A DNA stretch of 55,053 nt from Bacteroidota bacterium. GTDB taxonomy: Bacteria; Bacteroidota; Bacteroidia; Chitinophagales; LD1. A program made the position numbers and the translations under genes. The stretch lies in assembly GCA_025963485.1 (NCBI GenBank), contig JAOQAO010000187.1, positions 1 to 55,053 of the forward strand, read 5' to 3'. Below the pieces are notes generated by a model. That model saw only the letters and a list, made by a program, of their open reading frames with translations, was not told the origin of the DNA and did not search any database. Shown piece by piece: positions 8,769-18,341 of this stretch; positions within the stretch are counted from its first letter, which is position 1, and the number at the start of each line of letters is the position of its first letter.

Positions 8769-10889
8769 CTATTCCCCGGGATGATAAATACGCTCTGCAT
8801 GTTTATAGGCCCATTCCTTGCTAAGGCTTTCCTCCTTGGTCTGCTGGTTTACATACATATGCATCTGGTCAGTGAAATGCTTCGCACCCGGCGTATTGCT
8901 GCTGCCATAGCATGCTATGGATCGCAACACGGGCAAGCCGCCACCTTTGGGCCAGCGGGAGAGCAGGATATAGGACTCGCCATTGTGCACGGCGATCTTT
9001 CCTTTGGCAAAGGGGCTTCCGTATTTCGCATTCCACATATCGGGGCCACCTGATGTAGGGAGATCGACCGTATCCCGCACATGGCGCTGATAGTCGCCCA
9101 GCAGCACCGTGAGCTTGCCATAGTCAGCGAGCATCTCCGCCTTTGCCCGCTTGATACCGTCAGCAAAGAATTCAACTTTTGCCTTATTGTCATGCTCAAA
9201 ATGATGATCCATGGAATCATTTATCCTGAAATAACACCCATACAGGAAGTGATAAAGCAAGGTGGCATTGGTGTCGGTGATGGCCCCTTCGCGTTTGACA
9301 GACCAATCTTTCAGCACCTTGATAGCATCTGCGATATCCGGGTAGTCTTTCTCATTCATGTGAAATATCTCTTCCACCTCAAAATGCTTGAATGGAGCGG
9401 TGACCTGCTGCGGGTAGTGCGTGTCATATTTTATTTTGAGGAAATCATCCCAGGTCAGTTTACGGCCTTTCATCTGATCCATCATTTCATACATGCGAAG
9501 GCTACGGTTGGTCTCATTCAATTCAAAGCCCACATTTTTCTGGATGGCTAGTTTGGGAGGGTTCTCATTCTTCGCAGTCATGCTATAAGAAGTGTTATTG
9601 GTCTCAAATACAAATCCGCATTTAGGATTGAGGACGTGGGGCAATGAGTCATGGGGTAGATATTTGGTCCACAGTGTTTTCATCGTATTGCCGGGAACGG
9701 TAGACTTCCAGTCGTATCCATCCGCGCGGATAGGCATGGCACCATTGCTGACGCAATATATCGTGTCATTTTTATCTGCATAAGTGATATACTGATTGAC
9801 GATGCCCTGCATATTGAGCACATTGCGAAACTCATGATAGTTCTTTGCCTTATTCATGAGGAACCATTGCTCGACGGACTTGATGGTCATATTGGCCGCC
9901 AGGCGTATCGAAAACCATCCCTTTTTGTTTTTGTAGGTAGCGCCGTACATGCTCCACCATCTTTTCTTGCCTATCGTCAGCACAAACTTGTGCTTGTCCC
10001 GGTGCTTGGCGAGATTGACAGTCAGTTTTGCGGTCTTTGTTTCCAGTTTGTAGGACTGGCCGTCTACGAGATAGTGATTCTTTTTATGCGGGTCCTGCTC
10101 CAGCTGATAGATGTCTATCGCGTCGAAATAATTAGTCGTATGCGCCCATCCCAGGTTTTCATTCACTCCGTGAAAGATGGAAACAGCGCCATGGAAAGTT
10201 GCGCCCAGTGCATTCCATCCTTCTTCACTGTGCACATGCGCCTCATACCAGCTCATGGGCCCTTCGAGCGGCTGGTGAGCGTTGACATCGAGATAGACCC
10301 CGCCGTCAGCAGTGATATTTGAGTTCATGGCGAGGGCATTGGAGCCGCGAGCATCCTTATTGTAATTCAAAGCAGGGACAGAACCGCCAACTACATTTTT
10401 GATCGCTCCATCTACGCCTACCATCAGCGCCATAGACAGCATGTATCCTGCTATAAAATCCTGCGGCTTGACAGGCAGCAGGTGTTTGGATACGATACGG
10501 TCGGGGTGCTTACGGGCAAAATCATTGCCTGCAGCGGCGGCGGCATCGAGCAGTTTGCGGAACTCCGGAGACAGGTCTTTGTCATACCTGTCATTGATAA
10601 TATCCGGTACACCAAGAAGCTGGACAGCATAATCTATTTTTGCCCCTTCTATCCCCATCATCAGTCCCAGCTTGCCACGGGCGAGCATGAGGCCCCACTG
10701 CACGGTAGTGAAATCATCCTCGCAGGCTGCATATACCAATCCATAAGCTGCATCGGCATCTGTCTTGCCAAAAATGTGTGGAACCCCGAAACTATCCCGG
10801 ACGATCTCGACATGATAATTAGGATTGACTTGTGCGTGGCTACTAACCGCGAAAACAGCAAAAAGCAGAAGGGAACAAAGTTTTCTCAT
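8769..10889 (-). CDS. Penicillin acylase family Ntn-hydrolase (S45)
   Basis: IVRDSFGVPHI in the alpha chain; beta-chain nucleophile G|SNA; NAHQP...WYEAH; signal peptide from the ATG at 10889. Confidence 0.9.
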   Translation of the reverse strand: MRKLCSLLLFAVFAVSSHAQVNPNYHVEIVRDSFGVPHIFGKTDADAAYGLVYAACEDDFTTVQWGLMLARGKLGLMMGIEGAKIDYAVQLLGVPDIINDRYDKDLSPEFRKLLDAAAAAGNDFARKHPDRIVSKHLLPVKPQDFIAGYMLSMALMVGVDGAIKNVVGGSVPALNYNKDARGSNALAMNSNITADGGVYLDVNAHQPLEGPMSWYEAHVHSEEGWNALGATFHGAVSIFHGVNENLGWAHTTNYFDAIDIYQLEQDPHKKNHYLVDGQSYKLETKTAKLTVNLAKHRDKHKFVLTIGKKRWWSMYGATYKNKKGWFSIRLAANMTIKSVEQWFLMNKAKNYHEFRNVLNMQGIVNQYITYADKNDTIYCVSNGAMPIRADGYDWKSTVPGNTMKTLWTKYLPHDSLPHVLNPKCGFVFETNNTSYSMTAKNENPPKLAIQKNVGFELNETNRSLRMYEMMDQMKGRKLTWDDFLKIKYDTHYPQQVTAPFKHFEVEEIFHMNEKDYPDIADAIKVLKDWSVKREGAITDTNATLLYHFLYGCYFRINDSMDHHFEHDNKAKVEFFADGIKRAKAEMLADYGKLTVLLGDYQRHVRDTVDLPTSGGPDMWNAKYGSPFAKGKIAVHNGESYILLSRWPKGGGLPVLRSIACYGSSNTPGAKHFTDQMHMYVNQQTKEESLSKEWAYKHAERIYHPGE

Positions 10890-10915
10890 ATAGGGCCAAA
10901 TTTGATATTTTAAAT

Positions 10916-11505
10916 TCAAACAACGGGTGATAAATCTGCCTTTTCGGGGAAATGGCTGATTATGTCAGTGAGATGGTTGGCATCGGACTGAAATGAAACT
11001 TTGGATGTCTTTAAAACTCCAAGCGAATCTGCCATGTCTACATATTTATCCAGATAGTCCGGCTGATGTCTGTGTGTTCCTAAGCCTACCATATCAAATT
11101 GGTCGGTTTCTTTAGTTCTATCTACTCCTAAAAAAGCCAAGGTGTCATTTATATCTATAATGCTTCTATCGAGATTTTCCTGTCCCCTAAAAATATTGGC
11201 GTATTGATCCCCTCTGCCACCAAAATAGTCAGTCTGAATAATGGCATAAGTGGGATCCTCCTGCCCGGATATCTTTTTCATCAATACAGCCAACACCAAC
11301 TCCGAAGGAAAGATCAGGCTATCAACACTAATGTCTAAAGCACCCTTTACTCCTTCACGGGCCTGCCAGTAAGCCGAAAAATAATGATCTATATGAAAAA
11401 GAGAGTCAAATCAAAACCTACTGATATCCCTAAAAGGTCATAGTCATTGGCTATCTCCTTATTATAAGGACCTTTAAAAAGGATGGCAGTGATAGAATGA
11501 GCCAT
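10916..11505 (-). pseudogene. Hypothetical gene interrupted by a frameshift in a T5 run near 11396-11400
   Basis: ATG at 11505, just after the upstream stop, gives MAHSITAILFKGPYNKEIANDYDLLGISVGFDLTLFFI*. Shifting frame at the T5 run continues as HIDHYFSAYWQARE... into ORF 10916..11299. Confidence 0.55.
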
Positions 11506-11519
11506 AAAACGATTTTGAC

Positions 11520-11978
11520 CTAAGCCTTGAGTTTAATGACTACCTTTTTGAGGAAGGTCGACTCAGCATCGAGAAATGCTCCGGGTGCGTGTACGTCCTC
11601 CGGCAGCAGCAGGCAAAACATATTTTCACGTACCGCTATCCAGTCACCCTCACCCTGATAGAGGGAATAGTCCTTCTCTACATTGTACGACTGGCTTTCC
11701 TTCATACGGCTGATATGCGAATAGGCAATACGCTCGCCACCAGTCACGCTGTAATGTATGTCGCAATAGACCTTGTGCGCTTCCCAGCCGCAATCTACAG
11801 CAGGCTTGGTATCATAACTGTTCACGATGGCGTAGACGTCCTCACCTTGTATATCATAGCGGCCATTCTCCATGGTCGCGAGTTCATTTTTATACTTTTC
11901 GAGCCAGAGGAGACCTTTGGCCACATAGGGACTGATACTATAATATTTTACTGAGTTGCGCAGGTGGTCTATGAGCAT
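11520..11978 (-). CDS. YhcH/YjgK/YiaL (NanQ/TabA-like) family protein
   Basis: WEAHKVYCDIHY...G.E and LLPEDVHAP...KKVVIK motifs. True start is most likely the ATG at 11978 (MLIDHL). Confidence 0.9.
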   Translation of the reverse strand: MLIDHLRNSVKYYSISPYVAKGLLWLEKYKNELATMENGRYDIQGEDVYAIVNSYDTKPAVDCGWEAHKVYCDIHYSVTGGERIAYSHISRMKESQSYNVEKDYSLYQGEGDWIAVRENMFCLLLPEDVHAPGAFLDAESTFLKKVVIKLKA

Positions 11979-12016
11979 AATTTGAAGTTGAGCGCGACGA
12001 ATATAATTAAATCGCG

Positions 12017-12370
12017 TTAGCCTATCATACCGATATGCGTGTGTTTGAACGCATCGAAGTATTTCAACCCATAACCGAGCATGCGATCCATCGATGAATG
12101 GCCGTATAATACCAGGCCGGCCATAGTCATATACGGTAGGCCCAGGTACCAGCCGACGCCCAATACGGCCAGGGCTATAAGTTTGTGGTGAAGCAGATTG
12201 TAGGTCACGGCACCGGTTGATGTATTGACCAGATAGCCGAGCATACCGAGATCCGGCAGTAAGAAAATACCGATCCATGCCCACCAGCTAAACTGAACGG
12301 GTAAATAATAAAGGGCTACTACTACGGCTATAAACTGAGCCAGTTCTTCGAGTTTGATGATCTTGTTCAT
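12017..12370 (-). CDS. DUF4260 membrane protein
   Basis: KLEE...LLPDLGMLGYL...GA..YN..HH...H.SMDRMLGYGLKY...F.HTH; start at ATG 12370. Confidence 0.88.
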   Translation of the reverse strand: MNKIIKLEELAQFIAVVVALYYLPVQFSWWAWIGIFLLPDLGMLGYLVNTSTGAVTYNLLHHKLIALAVLGVGWYLGLPYMTMAGLVLYGHSSMDRMLGYGLKYFDAFKHTHIGMIG

Positions 12371-12389
12371 TGTGTTATGTTTTATAACA

Positions 12390-12436
12390 CAAAAGTAGGT
12401 CGGCCGTATGGGCATTCTCTTTACATAGGATAAGAA
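12390..12436 (-). promoter_or_regulatory. -7 promoter element plus a candidate Crp/Fnr operator for the DUF4260 gene
   Basis: Minus-strand TACTTTTG (12390-12397) and the imperfect palindrome TTCTTATCCTATGTAAA (12420-12436) about 22 nt upstream. Confidence 0.45.
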
Positions 12437-12450
12437 AAACGGGAAGGTGA

Positions 12451-12482
12451 CTCCTAAATCCCCGAAGGGGACTTAATACATT
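12451..12482. repeat. REP-like hairpin repeat
   Basis: ctcctaaatccccgaaggggacttaatacatt; similar copies at about 37102 and 54973. Confidence 0.55.
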
Positions 12483-12487
12483 TGGCT

Positions 12488-13072
12488 TTACTTTTCTGAG
12501 AGCCTTTTGCGGATACGGCTGAGGCTGACGGGGGTGATGCCGAGGTAGTTGGCTATATGCTGTTGTGGGATGCGCTCGATGATCTTTTTCTTATTGCTGC
12601 TTAGTAGCTGTGTGTATCGCTCCTCTGGGCTCTGTGTGAGCAGGCCTACCATGCGCTCCTCGAGGCCAATGGCGAGGTACTCTGTGAGAACCCGACCGAA
12701 TCGCTCCCAGGCTTTGCTTTGAGCATACAACTTTTGCAAACCGGTATAAGGAAAGACCAGCAGTTTAGTATCGCTCAAAGCCTCGATGGTGAGTTGCGAA
12801 GGTTGGCCTGTGATACAGCTGATATAGGGACCGACGAGGGAGTTTTCAAAATAGAAATAAGTCGTTTTCTCTTCTCCGTGGTAGGTATAGTAATGCCGCA
12901 TCTCGCCCTCGAGGATATAGCCCAGTTCGCGACCCATACCTCCTTCGCGTATCATACATTCATGCTTGCGTATAGTGCGCTCTGTGAGCAGCGCTTCCAT
13001 CATAGCCCAATCCTCATCACTGATCGGAGTGAACTGCTCTATATGCCTGCGCAGTGGGTGTGAAGATGTCAT
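12488..13072 (-). CDS. Crp/Fnr-family cNMP-binding transcriptional regulator
   Basis: cNMP-binding fold (G.MRHYY...GEEKT.YF, IEALSD) and C-terminal EERY...IPQQHIANYLGITPVSLSRIR. Alternative start at 13084. Confidence 0.9.
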   Translation of the reverse strand: MTSSHPLRRHIEQFTPISDEDWAMMEALLTERTIRKHECMIREGGMGRELGYILEGEMRHYYTYHGEEKTTYFYFENSLVGPYISCITGQPSQLTIEALSDTKLLVFPYTGLQKLYAQSKAWERFGRVLTEYLAIGLEERMVGLLTQSPEERYTQLLSSNKKKIIERIPQQHIANYLGITPVSLSRIRKRLSEK

Positions 13073-13076
13073 ATGC

Positions 13077-14807
13077 TTACTCAAAGCTTCCTATGGTGAA
13101 AATAAATGCACTACCACTGCCTATTGCGGATATGACGCGAATGGTACCGCGATGCTGCTCCACTATCTTGGTGCAGGTAGCGAGGCCTATGCCGCTTCCT
13201 TCATACTGCAGCCGATTGTGCAGGCGGTGAAAGATGTGGAAAATACGCTCATGAAATTTAGGGTCAATGCCGATGCCATTGTCCCTAACTTCAAACTCGT
13301 GGTGGCCGCCGACCATGCGATAGTAGATATCAACAAGGGGTTCTTTGCCGGCAGTGCGAAACTTGATGCCATTGGCGATCAGGTTTTGAAATAATTGTAT
13401 CAGGCGGGATTTGTCTGCGGTGATCGCAACGGGCATGTCATGCCATGTCACTATCGCCTGCGACTCGCGCACCATTACCTTCAGATTGTCCATGACCTGA
13501 GCCCTGATCTCACTCATATGTACTACCTGATGCTTGATAGCATCTGTATTGACCCGGGAGTAAAGCAACAAATCGGTGATCAGCATGTTCATGTTCTTGG
13601 TAGAACTAATAAGATGGCTTATGAACTGTTTACCCTCCTCATCCAATAAATCACCATACCTGCGTTCGAGCAGTTGCGAGTATCCTATAATAGATCTCAG
13701 AGGCTCGCGCAGGTCATGCGAGGCTATGTAGGCGAAGTTCTCCAGTTGTAGGTTTGAATCTATGTATCTTTCCAGTTCCCTGTTCTTATGGCTCAGCGCA
13801 TCCCGCATTTGCTCCATGGCTTGCTGGGTTTGTATCCGTTCGGTAATATCCGTCGATACCCCGAGTATCTGATTGGCGGTGCCCGTTTCCTCTATGATCG
13901 GTGTTTTGACTGTCTGGAGGTAGCGCTTGCGGCCTGTAGCATCGGTGATCACTTCGACAGGTACGTACTTGATATGTTGCTTATCCATTACCTCGATGTC
14001 ATCTTTCCTGAAGTGGAGAACCTCATCCATATTGGGATTAAAGTCTGAATCGGTCTTGCCGATGAGGCCGTCTACAGTGGTGCCGTAGGCTTTGGCGACA
14101 GCCTTATTGGCCATCGTAAACTGTCCTTCACGGTTTTTTGCAAAAATAAAACTAGGGTTGAGATCTATGATCCTCCTTAAGTATTGCCTTTGATCACTGA
14201 TCTCGGTCAGGTAGCGGTCATTGACTTTGAATATGTAGAGGAAGCGCAAAGTGGTAAGAGGTATGACAGTGATATTGACCAGCGTCCGGAAAAACGGAAT
14301 GATATCGGGCGACCGGTATAGACTATGCGGCAGGTCAGTCACCCCCTCCGACAGGATAAGAAAAAGTGCAAATGACATGGCCATCATGAGGTAGGCAAGC
14401 CATTTGCGGTCGCGAAGAAAAAAAAGTGGAGTGATGCAAACAGTGACGAGAAAAAAATGCAGATGCGATTCACTGCCTATACGGATGTCGGTCACAGCTA
14501 CTGCAAAAAGCAAAGCCGTATTGATGATGACTGAGGAAATAATGTGATGCCCCTTACTATTGAGATAAAAGCAGACGGCTATAACGGCGACATATATAGT
14601 TCCCATGATATGGAGGAATGGGCGTATCTCGGCAGGCAACAGAAAAACGATCGGTATGGTCAATACGGCAAAACCCATATAACCCATCAGATCAAAGTTG
14701 AAATACTGGATATAGGCGCGCTTCGATATATCCGGTTCATCCTTTTTGATGCCCAGACCCAGGAAATAATCAAGAAACCTGCCTATATATCCTCCCATTC
14801 TGTTCAT
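13077..14807 (-). CDS. Membrane PAS-domain sensor histidine kinase
   Basis: Multi-TM N-terminus, PAS domain (IFAKNREG.F..AN...G.STDITER), H-box FAYIASHDLREP, N-box QNLIANGIKF, G-boxes DNGIG and GSGIGLA. Confidence 0.92.
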   Translation of the reverse strand: MNRMGGYIGRFLDYFLGLGIKKDEPDISKRAYIQYFNFDLMGYMGFAVLTIPIVFLLPAEIRPFLHIMGTIYVAVIAVCFYLNSKGHHIISSVIINTALLFAVAVTDIRIGSESHLHFFLVTVCITPLFFLRDRKWLAYLMMAMSFALFLILSEGVTDLPHSLYRSPDIIPFFRTLVNITVIPLTTLRFLYIFKVNDRYLTEISDQRQYLRRIIDLNPSFIFAKNREGQFTMANKAVAKAYGTTVDGLIGKTDSDFNPNMDEVLHFRKDDIEVMDKQHIKYVPVEVITDATGRKRYLQTVKTPIIEETGTANQILGVSTDITERIQTQQAMEQMRDALSHKNRELERYIDSNLQLENFAYIASHDLREPLRSIIGYSQLLERRYGDLLDEEGKQFISHLISSTKNMNMLITDLLLYSRVNTDAIKHQVVHMSEIRAQVMDNLKVMVRESQAIVTWHDMPVAITADKSRLIQLFQNLIANGIKFRTAGKEPLVDIYYRMVGGHHEFEVRDNGIGIDPKFHERIFHIFHRLHNRLQYEGSGIGLATCTKIVEQHRGTIRVISAIGSGSAFIFTIGSFE

Positions 14808-15027
14808 TATCAGTATCGGTGTGCTATATCAATATAGTCCAATGGGGCGATAAGTCAAGGCCGGTAAAATAGGGAGAAACGCCTTTCCTACCGCGACTAT
14901 CCGCGGTACTAATGTATTGAAAATAAAAACAATACAATATTTTGCTTTTAAAAAACAAGCTTTATAAACCGGAGAACATGCAACAATGTCCCTCATTTAA
15001 TGGTAAGAGGTAGAAAGAAACATTGCT

Positions 15028-16428
15028 ATGACTCCTTCTCTATACCACGACACGTTTGAAATACATGCAGGACAGTTTTCTAAAAAGACACCTACGAGCA
15101 TCAAGAAGGCGAGCCTGATGGAACTCATCGTGTCCGGCTACCTGAGTATCCAAAACCTTGGAACCGAGTATGTAGACAAGAAAAACCAGGTCAAATACAT
15201 CCAGATCAGCAATTTCATTGCGATGACATCCTTTATTTCATCCATTTTTTACATCGGATTGGCGCTGATATGGGCCAAAGTGTATTGGTTTTTATGTGTA
15301 GATAGCTTATGTGTCACGAGTGTCGCTGTATTGACGCTCAATAAATTTGGCAGAATAAATGCATCGAGGATACTGTTTCTGATAGCTACCAATTTCTCTC
15401 TTTATTTTGCAGCCCTTTTCACAGGGCCATTGGCGGGTGGCGAAAACTTCCTCCTGATCTCGGTGATGCTTCCCTTTCTGATATACGACCTCCAAAGTAA
15501 GGCGATCATCGCCATGGGGGTCAGTATACCCATCGTGCTTATGTTCTCATTCCACTTTATAGTGCCTTACTTTGCCGTCTATCATCCCAGCGTCCCACAG
15601 CAGCTCATACTGCAAAAAATGGGTGCATTTATGGAGATAAGCCTGGTGATCGCAGCTGTATACCAGTTTGTATACCATAGCCGTGAAACGGAAAGAAACC
15701 TGGAAATATCTAACGTACAGATGACCTCACAAACTGAAGAACTCAAAAGGTCAAATGGCGATCTGGAACAGTTCGCCTATGTGATCTCGCATGACCTAAA
15801 AACACCTGTTAGAAATATTTCGTGCTTTATGAAACTGCTGTCAAACAAGCATGGAGGAACATTCAATGCCGAGGCGCGTGAATTTGTAGATTTCTCGCTG
15901 GCCGGGGCCAAGCGTATGGAGCGGCTGATAGACGATGTACTCGCCTATAGCAGGATAGGCAGAAACCTCAGCAGCCCCACGCCAGTCAATGTAGCCGATG
16001 TGATCAATACGATCCGTATAGAGCAACAGGACAAGCTGAAAGTAGTCAACGGAATCATGAATATAGCAGGCGAGCTGCCTGTCATAAAAAGCGTACACTC
16101 ATCCCTGATGTACCATATTTTGCAAAATCTTATCCGAAACGGGTTGAAATTCAACAGAAGTGCAAACCCTACGATCAATATATCGTATACAGAAACAGAG
16201 AGCCATTACAAGTTTTCAGTACAGGACAACGGGATCGGCATTTCACAGGATTATGCAGTGCAGGTTTTCCAGATGTTCAAAAGGCTGCATAACGAAAATG
16301 AGTACGATGGCACAGGCATAGGGCTGGCGATCTGCAAAAAGATCGTAGAACTATACCACGGAGAGATCTGGTATGAAGGCCAGGAAGGTAAAGGAACTAC
16401 TTTTCATTTTACTATAAGGAAATTTTGA
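15028..16428 (+). CDS. Membrane sensor histidine kinase
   Basis: Multi-TM N-terminus, H-box FAYVISHDLKTP, QNLIRNGLKF, DNGIG, GTGIGLA. Alternative start at 15118. Confidence 0.92.
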   Translation: MTPSLYHDTFEIHAGQFSKKTPTSIKKASLMELIVSGYLSIQNLGTEYVDKKNQVKYIQISNFIAMTSFISSIFYIGLALIWAKVYWFLCVDSLCVTSVAVLTLNKFGRINASRILFLIATNFSLYFAALFTGPLAGGENFLLISVMLPFLIYDLQSKAIIAMGVSIPIVLMFSFHFIVPYFAVYHPSVPQQLILQKMGAFMEISLVIAAVYQFVYHSRETERNLEISNVQMTSQTEELKRSNGDLEQFAYVISHDLKTPVRNISCFMKLLSNKHGGTFNAEAREFVDFSLAGAKRMERLIDDVLAYSRIGRNLSSPTPVNVADVINTIRIEQQDKLKVVNGIMNIAGELPVIKSVHSSLMYHILQNLIRNGLKFNRSANPTINISYTETESHYKFSVQDNGIGISQDYAVQVFQMFKRLHNENEYDGTGIGLAICKKIVELYHGEIWYEGQEGKGTTFHFTIRKF

Positions 16429-16467
16429 AAAACTACATGACAGGACGTAACATTCACTATAACTCAA

Positions 16468-16557
16468 ATGATCGTGATCTGTGCAATCATCATATTAGTA
16501 GCCTTTCTGGCTTATATCAAGGTCAATGGCCATCTATTCCTGGGTAATCGCCCTTAA
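16468..16557 (+). CDS. Putative 29-aa single-TM microprotein
   Basis: MIVICAIIILVAFLAYIKVNGHLFLGNRP*; about 40 nt after the kinase stop; AT-rich leader; below the ORF-track length cutoff. Confidence 0.4.
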   Translation: MIVICAIIILVAFLAYIKVNGHLFLGNRP

Positions 16558-16686
16558 AGCGAAAACAGGTTTGCAGTCATAATACTCCTGGCAAAGCTGT
16601 GCTTCCTTCAAATTTATATCTTTAAATCTTTCATACGGATAGTCTATACTGCAAAATAATTAATTTGCAGTATAGACTATCCGTAT

Positions 16687-18210
16687 ATGAAAATACTATC
16701 TGCATCCCAGATCAAAGAAGCCGATCGCTATACGATCGACAGCGAGCCCATCAGTTCCCTGGATCTGATGGAGCGTGCAGCGGGTGCCTGCGTGCAAAGT
16801 ATAATAAAGCGTCATCAGGGCCTAAGGGATTTTATCGTCATCTGCGGCAAGGGCAATAATGGTGGAGACGGCCTGGCCATAGCCCGGCTGCTCGCTGCCA
16901 TGGAGTACAGGGTGCAGGTATTTGTACTGGAATACACTGATAGTGCCAGCGATGACTTCATGCAGAATATGGAAAGGCTAAAGGCACAAGGCAAAGCCAA
17001 TATCACTCATGCCTATACGGACGAGGATATCTATCTGAATAAAGAAAGTGCCCTGATAGATGCTATACTCGGTACTGGCATCAATAAACCGACAGACGGC
17101 CTGATCGCATCGGTGATCGACAAGGTGAATAAAAGCGGCAACCGTCCCATAGCCATAGACGTGCCGAGCGGCATGAGCATAGATGGTCCCTCGGCCAAAA
17201 GAACATCGATCATACACGCTTCATTGACGCTCACATTCCAGCAACCAAAGCTCGCGTTTATGTTTCCGGAAAGCGCTGAGTATGTCGGTGAGTTTGAGGT
17301 ATTGGATATTCATCTCGATACATCCTTTCTGAAGGATACTGAGTGTAAGTATTTCTATATGCGGGATAGTGATATAGCGCCTATGCTGCGTACCCGTCCT
17401 AAATTTTCACACAAAGGAACATTCGGGCATTCTCTGCTGATAGCAGGCTCCTACGGCAAGATGGGGGCAGCGGTCCTATCGTCGATGGCATGCCTGCGCA
17501 GTGGTACGGGATTGCTCACTACACACATACCGGTCTGCGGCTACCAGGTCATGCAGACCTCGCTACCCGAGGCGATGGTGAGCATCGATACGGGGACAGA
17601 GCATATATCGGCAATGCCAGCTGACGGCAACTATGCGAGCATAGGTATAGGACCCGGAATCGGTACGGAAGCTGCGACGGTCAAAATACTCAAGAAAATA
17701 ATACAATCAGTACAAGTACCCATGGTCATCGATGCGGACGCACTGAATATAATAGGCGATAATAAAACCTGGATAGGATTCCTACCGGCACTGACCATAC
17801 TCACGCCGCATCCCAAGGAATATGACCGGCTCACGAATGTACACCCCGACTCATGGGAGAGGCTCGAAAGTGCCAGGGCACTCGCCCAAAAGCACCGTAT
17901 CATCATCGTACTGAAAGGGGCATACACAGCTGTGACACTACCCGATGGCTCAGTGTGGTTTAACTCTACAGGCAACCCTGGCCTGGCCAAAGGGGGCAGT
18001 GGAGATGTGCTGACGGGCATCATCACCGCCCTGATCGCGCGCGGATACGGACCTCATATAGCCTGCACCATCGGTGTATACCTGCACGGTCTGGCAGCCG
18101 ACATAGCAGCCAGAGAGATCAATGCGGAAGCCATGATAGCATCCGATATTGTTTCCCATCTTTCAGCGGCTTTTGATCATCTATACGGATATCAGCAACG
18201 CACTAAATAG
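16687..18210 (+). CDS. nnr: Bifunctional NAD(P)H-hydrate epimerase/dehydratase
   Basis: LMERA, CGKGNNGGDG, DAILGTG, HKGTFG, GPGIG, DADALN, TPHPKE and GGSGDVL motifs. Confidence 0.95.
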   Translation: MKILSASQIKEADRYTIDSEPISSLDLMERAAGACVQSIIKRHQGLRDFIVICGKGNNGGDGLAIARLLAAMEYRVQVFVLEYTDSASDDFMQNMERLKAQGKANITHAYTDEDIYLNKESALIDAILGTGINKPTDGLIASVIDKVNKSGNRPIAIDVPSGMSIDGPSAKRTSIIHASLTLTFQQPKLAFMFPESAEYVGEFEVLDIHLDTSFLKDTECKYFYMRDSDIAPMLRTRPKFSHKGTFGHSLLIAGSYGKMGAAVLSSMACLRSGTGLLTTHIPVCGYQVMQTSLPEAMVSIDTGTEHISAMPADGNYASIGIGPGIGTEAATVKILKKIIQSVQVPMVIDADALNIIGDNKTWIGFLPALTILTPHPKEYDRLTNVHPDSWERLESARALAQKHRIIIVLKGAYTAVTLPDGSVWFNSTGNPGLAKGGSGDVLTGIITALIARGYGPHIACTIGVYLHGLAADIAAREINAEAMIASDIVSHLSAAFDHLYGYQQRTK

Positions 18211-18341
18211 CCTATCCTGATATTACCAGTCCTTTAAGCTTCCGTTTCGTGTATATTAATTCAGCAAAGAATACCGGCTGCAGCCGTCCGAATGCAGACA
18301 TTTTGTTTATTTTGGGCACTCTAAAAACCCAATTAACATTT

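Noticed and set aside
11979-12284. 102-aa N-terminal extension of the YhcH-family ORF
   Set aside because: It overlaps the DUF4260 gene in another frame; the family-typical start is the ATG at 11978.
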